Of a DNA stretch of 64,000 nt, positions 12,320 through 24,510 are shown in pieces (the first letter of the stretch is position 1; every line of letters starts with the position of its first letter). The translations under genes were made by a program, and so were the position numbers. The stretch covers positions 46,004,001 to 46,068,000 of the forward strand of contig NC_073384.1 of the NCBI RefSeq assembly GCF_028641065.1, given 5' to 3'. Under the pieces are notes generated by a model. It had not been told where the DNA came from. It did not search any database and saw only the letters and a list, made by a program, of their open reading frames with translations. This stretch comes from Leucoraja erinacea. Taxonomy: Eukaryota.

Positions 12320-13200
12320 AACTTTAATGTCTCTTTCTAGTTGGGAGGTTACAGTTACTTTGAGCTGGACAGGACTCAGAGCTTTGAATGAAGCTCGTTC
12401 ATTGCAGATCGCCGCTACAAACAGAAGCGGCCAGCTGCCGTCATTAAAAAGCGATTTACACCCAGTACTCTGCACACAAAGATTGGGCGAATAATTATGT
12501 GCTTGTAGCTTTATGAATGTGTCTCTGGATGGGCTCTGACAAGCAAGTAGTTCTCCGCTTTTATTCTTAACACCTGCAAATGTATACATTATATATAGAA
12601 AAAAAATCTGTACGTTATTTTTACTTTTTGACATAGTTGCACAGAACAAAAAAAAAATCATTAATACCACCTACCATTTTCAATGATTAATGTTGAGGTG
12701 TGTTGCCGGTCGTTCGTGAGACTGCTCGATACAAGGAAGCCTTTGCCTTTTTAAGACGCTCTCCTTCAGCGAGCGGAAAAGCGCTTCCCATGTGCCTGAA
12801 ACAAACACGCAAATAAATAAATAAATGCGGATTACTCTCGCACCTCACATGGTTAATCTGCGGGGATAATAATCCAACATTTTAGAAACATTTCGCCAAA
12901 CATTCTTTCCCCACCCTTTTGTTTTGTGAAGCAATGAACGAAAATTAAAGTGATTACACAAATAGACATTATGCTGCTCTGAGCTCCCTATCCTCTTGTG
13001 TTGTGGCTGAATGAAACGATTTAGAGTATTTAAATGGGCGTTGATGATACTTTTTAATAGAAATCTGCAGCAAATGTGTAATACAGCATCGCTGTTTCCA
13101 GTTGAACAACCTTCCCAACCGGATCTATTCATGTGCCACTTGGAATTAGTTCATGCGGATTGCCCGATGACAGGAGCGCAAACAGTTTGCAGTCCACTAC
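12320..13200. promoter_or_regulatory. Candidate proximal enhancer cluster of SIX3
   Basis: Unique sequence rich in TAAT/TAATCC/TAATCT (K50 homeodomain) and CTTTGA (TCF-like) motifs, 1.5-2.4 kb upstream of the ATG. Confidence 0.3.
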
Positions 13201-14479
13201 CATACCCATACCACCCATTAGCGTTATTATCTTTGTGCACCGCAAATTCGCCCTGTTCCCTTTCCCCCCCTACAAAAAACAGCAATATCTTTTCCTTTCC
13301 ATTTGAGTTTGGAAAGCAGATCGTGCCTTTACCGTACACCTCTCGTTTCCTCCGATCTGCTTTGGAATGTGCAAGAGAACGAAAAAAAAGTTTTGAATTC
13401 CTCAATGATTTCCTCCCCCCCTGTAGAAAGGCGGCTTAGGATAATTATTTCAGCTTTATTGAAAGCAGATTAGTTGAAGTCTGGATGCTGCGTTTCAATA
13501 CGCGTTGTACAATCCGGTACAATGTCCGTATTGTTCGCTACTGTGTGTGAACCCATTGAAAATATACACTTTTTAACACCAAGTAAAATCCTGTCTAAAT
13601 ATACACCGTAAGGCTGGAAAGACGTCCATGACCCGTGCAAATCTTTGTAAATCACACTTCCATAGTTACAGAAGCCAAACAAAAGAGCCAACAGCTCAAG
13701 ATGCTGATTAAACCCTTCTTAAAGGCAAACATACCTAATCATAAAATATACTGGGACTGCACCGATGACCAATAGAACGTCTGGCGCTGGTACCGTTCGA
13801 ATAACAGCTTTAAAACATAAACCATGATTTCAACAACTACAAGCCAATGATTAAATATGACTTTGTTTTTGTTCTAATACAGCGTGTTACGTCTACCTGC
13901 GAACTATCCACATCCGTTCCATGGACTCCCACATAACCTATCTGCGCGATGTCTTTTACACAAGCTTCAATGATCCATGCTCAATGTACAGTATCATTAT
14001 TTGCAGGATCCAAAAAAAACCCGGCTTCGGGTTGGCAGTTACGCTATTAATTAGGAGTTGCGAGCACCAGGAAAGCACGATGCTAAAGGCAGATTAAAAC
14101 ATACCCTTTCTAGATATAGAGCCATGACATAAACATGGGTCTAATGATCTCATTTTTATTTTATTCCCCAGTACTATAAATGCTCATACCAGCAGAATGA
14201 AATGAAACTACGTGCAAATCATGTGTAAACTGTCCCACTTAGGAGCCCTCTATTCCAGCCAACACCACAGGCTCTCCCATTTGCTTCCCCCCTATCTTCC
14301 AGACTTAAGGAGAATTGTAACGATCGCAGTAATATTTTCGCCCTCTAATCACTCGTCCCATTCAGCAATATGTGCGCGGTGAGGTTTTCACATGTGAACT
14401 TTTGGAGAGGTAGGTGGGCGATGTGGAGATGTATTTCAGATAACCCCTGCACAGCCCCGAAGTGGTGGATGCCTCTACG

Positions 14480-14620
14480 TTCCGCTGCTTGATTGGCACG
14501 TTTGACAGTGATAGACAGCGACGCCATGGCGACGGCACAACGACACTGCAAGACCCAATAGAAAAAGCGAAAAAAAAACACCGGCGCTCCACACAGTATT
14601 TTGGGGATATAATATGAGGG
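14480..14620 (+). promoter_or_regulatory. SIX3 proximal promoter
   Basis: ATTGG (14492-96) and CCAAT (14555-59) flank a near-palindromic RFX X-box-like GACGCCATGGCGAC (14520-33). TATA-like GATATAAT at ~14606-13. CpG-rich. Confidence 0.6.
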
Positions 14621-14689
14621 AGTGTGACATTAGTCGATTTCGTTGCATCTGACACGTTTTTGTGCTTTTTCAAATCATCAGGCCAGTCC

Positions 14690-15372
14690 ATGGTGTTCAG
14701 GTCGCAGCTAGAGCTGTACAGCGCTCTGCCTCTCCTGCCAAACTCAACCGAGAGCGCGTTTCTCTTCCTAGCCAGCTCCCAGCCCCAAGAAGAGTTGTCA
14801 ATGTTCCAGCTACCGACCATCAATTTCACTCCGGAGCAAGTGGCCAGCGTTTGCGAGACGCTGGAGGAAACGGGAGACATCGAAAGATTGGGACGTTTCC
14901 TTTGGTCTTTACCTGTGGCGCCGGGGGCATGCGAGGCAATCAACAAACACGAGTCGATCCTCAGAGCCCGGGCGGTTGTAGCCTTCCACACGGGCAACTT
15001 CCGAGACTTGTACCACATCCTGGAGAACCACAAGTTCACCAAGGAATCGCACGGCAAGCTTCAGGCGATGTGGCTCGAAGCGCACTACCAAGAGGCCGAG
15101 AAATTGAGGGGTCGCCCACTGGGGCCGGTCGATAAGTACCGCGTCCGTAAGAAGTTTCCCTTGCCCCGGACCATCTGGGACGGCGAGCAGAAAACGCACT
15201 GTTTCAAAGAGAGGACCCGCAGCTTGTTGCGAGAATGGTACTTGCAGGACCCATACCCAAACCCTTCCAAAAAAAGGGAACTGGCCCAGGCAACCGGCCT
15301 CACGCCGACTCAAGTAGGGAACTGGTTTAAAAACCGTAGGCAGAGAGACAGAGCGGCCGCCGCCAAAAACAG
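14690..15372 (+). CDS. SIX3: SIX homeobox 3, coding exon 1 (N-terminus, SIX domain, K50 homeodomain)
   Basis: [128 protein letters not shown]. The MVFRS N-terminus is SIX3-specific. Phase-2 donor AG|GTTCGT at 15372/15373. Confidence 0.97.
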
Positions 15373-16967
15373 GTTCGTGGTTTCCTTCCAGGTTACCCTG
15401 TTCCCAGCGCGTCAAATTAACATTTAAATAATGTTTCAGGAACACAGCAAGTGATCAGTAAATCACGATAAATAGCCTCGTAAGACATACCTTATTTTTT
15501 TAGGTACCTGAATGTTTGCAGCTTTTTTCATAGGCCGGGGCAAAATGGGATCACAAGCTAAACTTTTCTAATCAGTTTGGTCAATAAAGAAACTTACTAA
15601 TTGATTTAGGAAGAAGCTACCGGATGGTTTAGAGTAATAATTAATTAGAAATTGTAAAACAACTAGCGACATTGATACCTCGGGATTGGCAACAAAAATA
15701 TACCAACAATAGCCAAATGCGATTTCACTAAAAATAAAAGACTTGAGGGGTTTAGTTTAAAATATTGCTCATTGTAGTTGGATAAGATAATCGTAATTAA
15801 TCATAAAATTCACCGTAAACATGTTTTACTCATGTCCGTATCCTTGTAGTAAAACATAACACAGACATTTAGAGAGGGCGTCCTGAAAATAAATGAGTTT
15901 CTTCTGATTCAGAACCACAACGCGCGTCACATCATCTGGCTGGTTTTGTGCATAAATATACACATTTAGAGTATGGAAGGGTGGAACTGGAAGAGAATGT
16001 GGAATTGTAGCTTCCCGAAGAATGCGGTACTTTCTAAAAAGTGAACGGGTACACAAAGCAATGACTGCCTATTTCGAAAGTAAGATAACACAAATGAAGT
16101 GAGATTAAAGGGTAAACTGATCCAGGAAGATTAAAAAAAACACAGGGCATTTTATAGCGTGATATGTGAAATCCTATCAGTATGTTGTCACATACTGCAA
16201 CACAATCGGCTCCCTTGTTCTGGATAAATGGACAGAAATATAGGCATGGTGACACTATTTTCCTAGCAGTTAATGGGAACCAACTCAATACAATAAACGT
16301 GATATTAGCTTTTACAGCAAAAGAATGTGTACTTGGCGGGCATTCAAATCAATGTAGGGCATTATTTGACTTGATGACTATAGCAATATTTTTATCCAAA
16401 ATAAACTCATTATATTTGCGTTGCCACCTTTAATGTTCTTCTAAGCACTTCCAGTTGACATTATAAATATTAATTACTGAAAGGGTGCATAGTAAACACT
16501 GGATTTGGGCATATTTTGAAACATAATTTAAGCGTGCCATAATGAAAACAAACAAGACCACTTACAATTTTAGCTTTCGAGAAACACGTTCATGATCAGC
16601 TTGACAATGAAACTAAGGATAACTTTTAAAGCACAATGGAGTGCAACTGTTTACAACAAAGTGCATTTTGTTGGTGAGCATCATGTTAGTTGAAACCGGC
16701 AAGCGAATTGTAATCTAATAATTTAATGATCGAATTGGGAAGATTTTATCAACTTCTAAGTAAGATTTCAGTCCGACGTATTTGCGTTAAAAGATTATTT
16801 AAAATATAATTTAAAAACGCTGGACTGCTTGGCTTTTCAGAAGCGCCGTATTTCAAGTAATTTTGTAAATATGTACATCCCTTGGATTTCTTATCCTATG
16901 ATATTGCCTGATTATGCTCTTATTTGTATTTCGCCCACTTTTTTACTTTGCTGTTTGACCCGTATAG
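15373..16967 (+). other. SIX3: SIX3 intron (1595 bp, GT-AG)
   Basis: GT at 15373; pyrimidine tract and TAG acceptor ending at 16967. Splicing restores the KNR|LQHQ frame. Confidence 0.93.
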
Positions 16968-17160
16968 GCTGCAACATCAGGCAGTCGGACAGAGTGGGGT
17001 TTGTACGCTATCGGAGGCGGGCTGCACTGCTCACAGCGCGGCGGAATCTCCGTCCACAGCCGCCAGCCCTACCACCAGCGTGTCCAGCATGACAGAGCGA
17101 GCCGAGACGGCCACGTCCATCCTATCGGTAACCTCCAGCGACAGTGAATGTGATGTATGA
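16968..17160 (+). CDS. SIX3: SIX homeobox 3, coding exon 2 (C-terminus)
   Basis: (R)[63 protein letters not shown]. The [14 protein letters not shown] end is diagnostic of SIX3. Total protein 291 aa. Confidence 0.97.
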
Positions 17161-17559
17161 TACAAAAGAGAGAGAAATAGAGAGAGACACACAAACTCGT
17201 AATGCATTCACAGAGGAATATGGACCTGAGATGAAAGACAAACATTAAAAAAAAGACAATTTAATGACAATTTTTAAAAGACAGAAATAAAACAGATTCG
17301 AGAAGAAAAGAAAGTGGCCGAACAGTAAAAGGACGAGCACATCTGATCCAGCGTTTTCCATGGAGGCCCCCGTATTGCATGATGTATTTTATATCTGAGG
17401 AAATAATAATCTACATTAATATTTTTTACAAGGAACTGCAATGAAGAGGGAATGAGAAAATTTTCGTCGCCTTTGTTGCTCTCTATAGTCCGAGTGCTGG
17501 TCAGACCCCCCGAAGCCAAGCTGCAATCGTTTTTTCTGTTCTGCAGACAATCATTTTTC

Positions 17560-17745
17560 GTAAGCACCTTTTTCTACACTTCTGTTACTGCCTATGTGGG
17601 TACTGGTTATGTGAAAGAATAGTTATGACTGTAACAGATTTTTATTTTTATTTCAAAATTTTATATGAATTATGTATATCTAATGACGCGATCATCCTCC
17701 CAGTTTGTAATATATGTGTAGAAATGCCTGTATATGAAATGCTTC
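17560..17745 (+). promoter_or_regulatory. AU-rich conserved block in SIX3 3'UTR
   Basis: TTATGACTGTAACAGATTTTTATTTTTATTTCAAAATTTTATATGAATTATGTATATC..CCCAGTTTGTAATATATGTGTAGAAATG resembles, from recall, the tetrapod SIX3 3'UTR. An earlier AATAAA lies at 17286-91. Confidence 0.55.
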
Positions 17746-19699
17746 TGTTTCTCCTTCTTTCTCTATCTTTCTGGATCACAGACTCAGTGTTTTTATGCAT
17801 ATTGTGTGAAGCGTCTGACGAAAGTGCTAGGTTCTCTACAAAATGGGTGGTTGGGGTAAAGCCCAGCTGGATAGATCTGTTGCGATGTAACTTTATGCAA
17901 AGTGCTATTTTGGGTATTTTCAGTCAGAATGAAGTTATATTATATCACTCCCCTTCATGTTGGGCGCTTATTAGTCACTGTTTCTTCAACTGCGTGTTTA
18001 TCTATATGTAAAAAAAACCTTTCTAACTCAAAATATAGTATTCCGTTTTCTTATACCTGCTGGCTTGTCGTGTCTTTCTCTTCAAAGTATTTAATGGTTC
18101 GAAATACTTATCCGTAGACATTTAGTAAACGGCGCATCGTGTTCGCTGAGACGCCAAAGCGGAAAACAAGACCTATTTGTCTTTTTTTTTTGCTGATTTT
18201 TTAAAAATCGAAGTTTTTAACGTTATAAAGGTTAACATCACGCATTTACGTAATTTCTGTATTTGTGTCATTTCAAAGATCAGGGGGAAAGAAAGCTACA
18301 CATGCGTTTTTTCCCCATCGGTAGACTATTTCCACAAAGTAACCCCATCCGAGGAACATGTTTTCAGCAATTGATATAGACTGATTATACAAGAAATGTG
18401 GGTTGAGACACTAACTTCCTCCTATTTATGGCGGTAAATGAAAACAGTAAATACGGGGACTCGCCATTTAATCAGCTAATCATATTACAGCTCCTCCCCG
18501 TGAATCTTAAGTTCATTGTGAAGTGTTGAAAGAAGTCTTTATTTGCATGACTAACAGTCCACCACCAGCACCTTTGCACTAATGTCGTTCATTGCCCCGG
18601 GCTGTTAATTCAAGCGTGAATTAAAAATAGAACTGAGCCCTGAACTTGTTTTCACTTGTGAAGTTTTTGAAATCTATCCCTGTGTGCTTTGGATATCTGA
18701 TCGAGAATTTCCGTGACGAGTTTTTCTGGCAACTAAAACGAGATTTAAATGAGGCCCAACGGTTAACTGAAGAAAATAGCAAGCAGGACTAAACGATAGA
18801 CGGTTTTGCAATTTGATTAATAAACATTGATTAATTTTGATTACACAGAGGTATACACATGCATCTATATTATGTAAACATGAGGATACATTTGTAATAA
18901 ATATCATAGACATAAAGGTATGGATGACACAGTGGTAAGCCTCCCAAACTTTCCGAAGTTATGAATGCTGATTAGGGACAAGTTGGTTTTGTGTCATTTT
19001 ATCACTGGAGTGATTCCTACTTTCTTATTTCGCAACAAACGTAACTCGTATTCATTTTCTTGGTATAACTACAATCTCACAAACCAAAAACAAAAAAATA
19101 ATAGATGTAGCCATTTATGTGCGATTATTTGGATTTTTCATGAAAAGTTCGTGTTCGCCGCCAATCTTTTTAACTACTTGGCAACGGCGCGTTTCAGTAT
19201 GCGCTGGATGGTGACAATTGAATCTTTTGGAGCTGTTGTTTGTGTGCGAGGAACGTAATCTTTCCGCCGCGGATTTCTGTTTCTATTGAAACCCATCTGA
19301 GTAGAAAAACTCTTAAAAAGGGAGACGGTGTTTTGATTTCATAATGAAAATGCAATAATATGTTTTGAAGTTGGGCTTTCACGGCGCCTTTCCTATTTGG
19401 GCTGAATTTGTTTTAATTTTTTTACTTTGAAGATAGTAAGTTACAATTTATCAAGTGTTTGGATATTTTAAAGTAAAACCTGTTAAGAACATTGGGTTAC
19501 ATCGAAACTGTATTTTAAATTACTGCAGTATAAATAAGAGTATAATTTTTAAATGTTGCACTATTGCACTGTATTAATATCTGGGTTCGGCAAGTATCAT
19601 TGTTTAATAGTAATATACACGGGTGTAAGGATTATTCATGATATACAACTCAGAAGTCTTTACAAACTCTGTTGGTCGATTTGGATTTGAACGTACGAT

Positions 19700-20120
19700 G
19701 GTTTTTATTTTGCCATTGAATACACCACACTGGGGAGACAAGCGACCCAAATAAAAGGCTGCCATACAAAAGTGATCGTAGCGCCTGCTTGAGATCCTGC
19801 ACAAACGTCGGGGAGATTGTGCTGAGGACACCGAGCAGGAAAGAGCAAAACGCGGCACCGGAGTTTAATTTTGTCTGGAGCTGGGTTTGCAGGAAGGAAG
19901 CAGCAGGCCGCTCCGCGGAGAAGCGGCGAGCATGCGCGCTCCCGCCGTGTTAATTTCAAAGAGTGAGTTGAGCTCAGCTGCCAGAACAAATCGTGTCAGG
20001 CGAGCAGAGATAACATCCACTTATTAGTGAAAGCTCTTTGAAATAATGGTCTGTAGTTTGAAAGTGGCAGCGCTGGCAGTATATGCCTTTAAAGAACGCT
20101 TTACAATGGAGATCTTAGGA
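19700..20120. promoter_or_regulatory. Candidate downstream enhancer / CpG-rich element
   Basis: GC/CpG-rich core (19850-19950) and an inverted pair of TCF/LEF-like sites, ATTTCAAAGAG (19953-63) and CTCTTTGAAAT (20034-44). Confidence 0.4.
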
Positions 20121-23100
20121 AGGTTTAGTAAGAGTAGAGAAGTCTACTGATTTGGGGTTGGTTTGTTCTTGGGTAGTGGATTGAGACGGAAATCAATGAA
20201 AATCCTAATTTAAGCTTTCTGATTTGTTAAATCCTCCTGCCCCGGCAAGATACGGCCTATCGCAAGTACCGAGCCAGGGCGGTTTCCCTCAGCTTGCCCA
20301 ATACCGATTATTATCGATGGGTCTTCTTCAGACCTCCATTAGTTTATTATCCATGACTAGTCTCGCTGTTGATGAAGATGAAATTTATCTAAAGCCGTCA
20401 AACAGATGGCATAGGCAGCATTTGACTTCGATATTCCACTCGGGCGGTAATATGCCAAATGTACCAAAGCATTCAAGAAGCGCAGCATATAGACCACAGC
20501 TGCTGTCTCTCTGTGTGCCTTGGTGACGAGTTCGGTGCTTGAGACCCGACACGTAGCATGCCATCTAAAAGGCCATTCCACAAGCACAGAAATATTGGCT
20601 ATTTTCTATTTACACGAGGGCGCGTCTAACTCTGCGTTTATTATCGGCATACCCAGTTTAGAAGCAAGAAGTCTGCTATAATGCATCTACCCACCTACCA
20701 ATTACAATGGTATTGTTGCCAAACAAACACATTGATACAAATTATTTTGGTATTGCGTGTTCATATCGAACACTAGGAGATTTTATTTTGTGTTTACTGA
20801 AGTGATTTCAATTTATGGTTTCAATGCGATAGCCTCCTAAAAAACGGTTGAGCTATGAACGTGGTCTGTTCCGATTTTGCGATTATTTGGCAGTTTAGCA
20901 GAGTAGAATTTTCTTTTATTCGTGTGTAGCCATGCGGTCCTTACTCCAACTCTATGCACCACTCGGAGTGACTCGGGGAAAGGCAGTCAGCCGGATATAT
21001 TCCAGTCTAGAAGAACGGGAATAAACATAGAGATAAGATAGAGTCCGACAGCTCCCGCATTATGTTGCTTTTACCCCGTTGTACCATGGATACCGCACAT
21101 GTATGTGGTATCTTCCCGACGCACGCGGGACATTTAGTCTTTTATTGAAATACAAAGTATTCACGTTAATAAATTGAAGTGTGGCAATGTCGAAAGAAAT
21201 TACTGAATAACACTTAATTCGTTTTAATTTGGTAATAGATTATCATAACTTACTGAAATAAGCTGTTTAATGTAATTCTAAATTCTCATTAAATATGCGT
21301 TGAAACTGACTAATCGATCATATTTCTCACCTTACATTGTCCATATTACATCCCCGACGACTAGCCATTTATTTGTTTTTGCATGGAGACGCTGGTAGCT
21401 GAACGTAATGAAACTTCATGATACCCCAATATTCTGCAACTTCATAATCACAATTTTTTTTTAAGATTTCCTAATTAATAAGACACGTAATGTAATAAGA
21501 ACGTTTATTCTTGGTTTGCCGAATAACTTGCGTCTTTATCTTTTATTGCAATCACTTTATTTTCAATCTTCCAGATCAGGGTGTTTAGTTATTGTTCATT
21601 GGCATACGCGATCTTGTCCCGGGATAGTTTATGTAGGTTTATATTTCCCGTAAATGTTATATTTGTTTTGAAGGGCGGGCGTAGGATATGCACGATGGTG
21701 AAAGTTGCAGGAAAGTTGTTTGAGTGAAAATTCAGGACGTTAAAACACACGCTCTTCAGGAATCACATAATGTGTTTCTCTTTCCCAACATTGCTTCGAC
21801 TCGATGCAAAATTGCTGAGACACATTTAATCGAAAATTATTATTTTCAATTAATAAACGGATTAAAAAAATGTCCATGGTTGAATTTAAGTAATTAACCA
21901 CTGAGAACTTGCGGTGGTGAATTTGAGTAGTGAATGTTAGGAACTGTGTGACCTGTCAGTAGATTTCATTCACGCAGCCGCACGTCGCGTTCGATTCTTG
22001 TTTCGCTGTTATGTTCATTCTTTGCTGATAAAAAAAAACATTATTTAAGACTATTTGGATTTAAAACTGTAATTCTATTAAATAGTAATTGAAGGATATG
22101 ATACAGGATCAACTGCCACATAAGCCGCCTGTTTGAACTTTGATTTGTAGTCAGACGCAGATGGGATCACGGCCTTTCCAGGCTGATTGTGGAGCCCCGG
22201 CATGGAAGACAGCAACAAGAGTTTAATTAATTTGTCTTCATTCAAATGAAGAAAATTGATAGAACATTCGCTCTGTTCCAAGATAATTTCAGACCAGTTT
22301 TAACCTCACCATTCCTTTTGTGGATTAAATGGAATTAAACACTTTTTTTTATAGGTTGTAATTGAAATGGTGGGATTCATATTTCTATGACTGTTATTCT
22401 TCCTCTGAGACAGACCGTTTGCCGTTGAACTCATTTCGCCTGTTTGTAGTTGAACATTACTTTTGTGTTTTCGGAAAGGTTTCCAAGTGGAAGTTATAAA
22501 CGTTATTGTCAGATCCATAGTTATAGCGGCATCCGATATCGCATCAACATTACATTGGTAGACTGGATTATTATTATTTACCGTTCATAGATTGTTTTGA
22601 TCACATATTAATATCTTAGAATCCTGATATAATCTAGCACGTGATCATTACGCGATTAGTAATTTCAACATATTAAGAATATTTTCCAAAAGAACATATT
22701 GAAACAGTACAATACATTGGGATGTTTACATATATTGAGTCTAAATTATAAAGTAGATATGCTTAAAGTTTCGAGCACGGATAACTTGATTGTTCGAGGT
22801 CCAAATGCATGTTTGTTAATACTTAGCTGTTCGAGTTGCAGGTGTTTAAACGCGTGCGCCTGTTTTAGCAAATGGATAGAATGTGACTGTGAAACATTTG
22901 GATATATCAAATACAAACTGATCTATTATTATTTTGTATATATCGGAATCTGATGTATTTTTTAAATAATTTATAGACAGTGCTTTTTCCACCTTCTCAT
23001 ATATATGATATATATTCAAATTACTTCATTTAAAGGAGGTTGAACGTAGTGAATCGTTTGTCAGGGAATCTTAACTGGATGGTGGCACTTGTTCTAAATA

Positions 23101-23610
23101 TGATGCTGATAATGCCATAAAAGTTAATTAGTTATAATTACTTGAACACGTCATATGCGGAAATAATAAATCCACATTAGTTTGCAGTTAGGTATTTAAA
23201 GCAGGTATCAAACGATAGCTGCCTGTAGAGAAACAAAGACATTACAGGAGTCATGTTAGACAATGCATAATACATCAACAAATTGAAGTGTTAAACATTA
23301 CGGCACATTTCAGCACTTATGTTGCTAGTGCATCGGGTTCAGGGCTCTAATAGGTCCATTTTGTCTCGCTATGTTTTGAAATACTACCTACTTTGGCAGG
23401 TCTATGGCACGCATTAGTTGTGTCATTTCGATGGATGCAAAGATGTGCAAGTAGAAACATGCATTACACAATAACAATATGGACACATAGGTGCATGATA
23501 TGTCACAAAGTGAGTCTCCAGAATTAAGGAAATTATCACGGTTTGGGAAAGTTACATGCCATTGTCAAAATAGCGTGAGCTTATTCATTGTTTAGATTTG
23601 TTACTGTTCT

Positions 23611-24292
23611 GTCCACTGCGTGTGCTCTCTGCCTAACGTATGGACGATCTCTTCCTTGCCTTCTCAGCTCCCCAAGTTTTGCCCATTCAACGATTCCCCT
23701 GGGCCAGGGAATGCTTTTGAACATACTTCATTATGATATATCCTCTTTCGAACAAAAGACCTTGTTGCCTTAACGCCACTATTTTGGTTTCACTTGGTCA
23801 ATCTATTAAACCACTTATGTCCCTAAACACTGCTCTTCAGAAGGTTTTATACGCTTCTTTGTAAGCACGAGCACGCAGGTGGATGTCTGCTGGTCTACAG
23901 TTCGCGAACTTTCCAACTTATGGGTCAAAACGGGCAAAGGATGTTATTTCAATATTTCCGCGTTCGCTGTTGATCCGGGAAGCCAATTGGAAGCACTCAA
24001 CAGATTGGTTTCCAATCATTCCTCTCCTATTTCCTGCTATTTAAAAACTGGAGATTTATATCGCACTCGCTGTTGCGGGACAGCTGTTACGGCTCTGCGT
24101 GTGCTTATGTGCCTCACACAAGCATATGGTTGAGTATGCTTGGCCATGAATATAGTATAATACACACACACACACAAATGCTTATATATACAAATGGTTG
24201 TTTTGCCCAATGCGTGTGCTTTCTGTCTAATGTATGGAATACCTCTTCCTTCCCTTCTTAGCTCCCTCAAGTTTTCAACGATTCAACGATTC
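23611..24292 (+). repeat. Local direct duplication of ~85 bp (23611-23696 and 24205-24292)
   Basis: tgcgtgtgctctctgcctaacgtatggacgatctcttccttgccttctcagctccccaagtttt..attcaacgattc vs tgcgtgtgctttctgtctaatgtatggaatacctcttccttcccttcttagctccctcaagtttt..attcaacgattc. Confidence 0.85.
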
Positions 24293-24370
24293 ACTATCAT
24301 ACGCCCATACCCAATTCACGCGTATATGCGATAAATCGGTGAATCCATGTATTCTCTTCTTGATTTGTTT

Positions 24371-24510
24371 GGATACAGTCTGAAGAAGGGTCCAGACCAG
24401 AAAAGTCGCGTATCCATGTTCTCCAGAGATGCTGCCGGACCCGCTGCATTAGTCCAATACTTTGTGTATTTTATTGTTGTACACCATCATCTACAGTTCC
24501 CTGCATCTCG
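24371..24510 (+). mobile_element. Penelope-derived pLTR with degenerate hammerhead motif
   Basis: CTGAAGAAGGGTCCAGACCAGAAAAGTC (24380-24407) followed by ctccagagatgctgcc..ccatcatctacagttcc. Confidence 0.7.

Noticed and set aside
14624-15427. 267-aa single-exon ORF with GTG start and FVVSFQ.. tail
   Set aside because: ORF-caller artefact: the real start is ATG 14690 and the tail is intron read-through past the 15373 donor.
14362-15445. Long antisense and alternate-frame ORFs (231, 178, 157 aa) over SIX3 exon 1
   Set aside because: Shadow ORFs of a GC-rich coding exon with no recognisable domain.
14690-17160. Calling the gene SIX6 or SIX7
   Set aside because: The MVFRS leader, [14 protein letters not shown] and the C-terminal [14 protein letters not shown] match SIX3, not SIX6 or SIX7.
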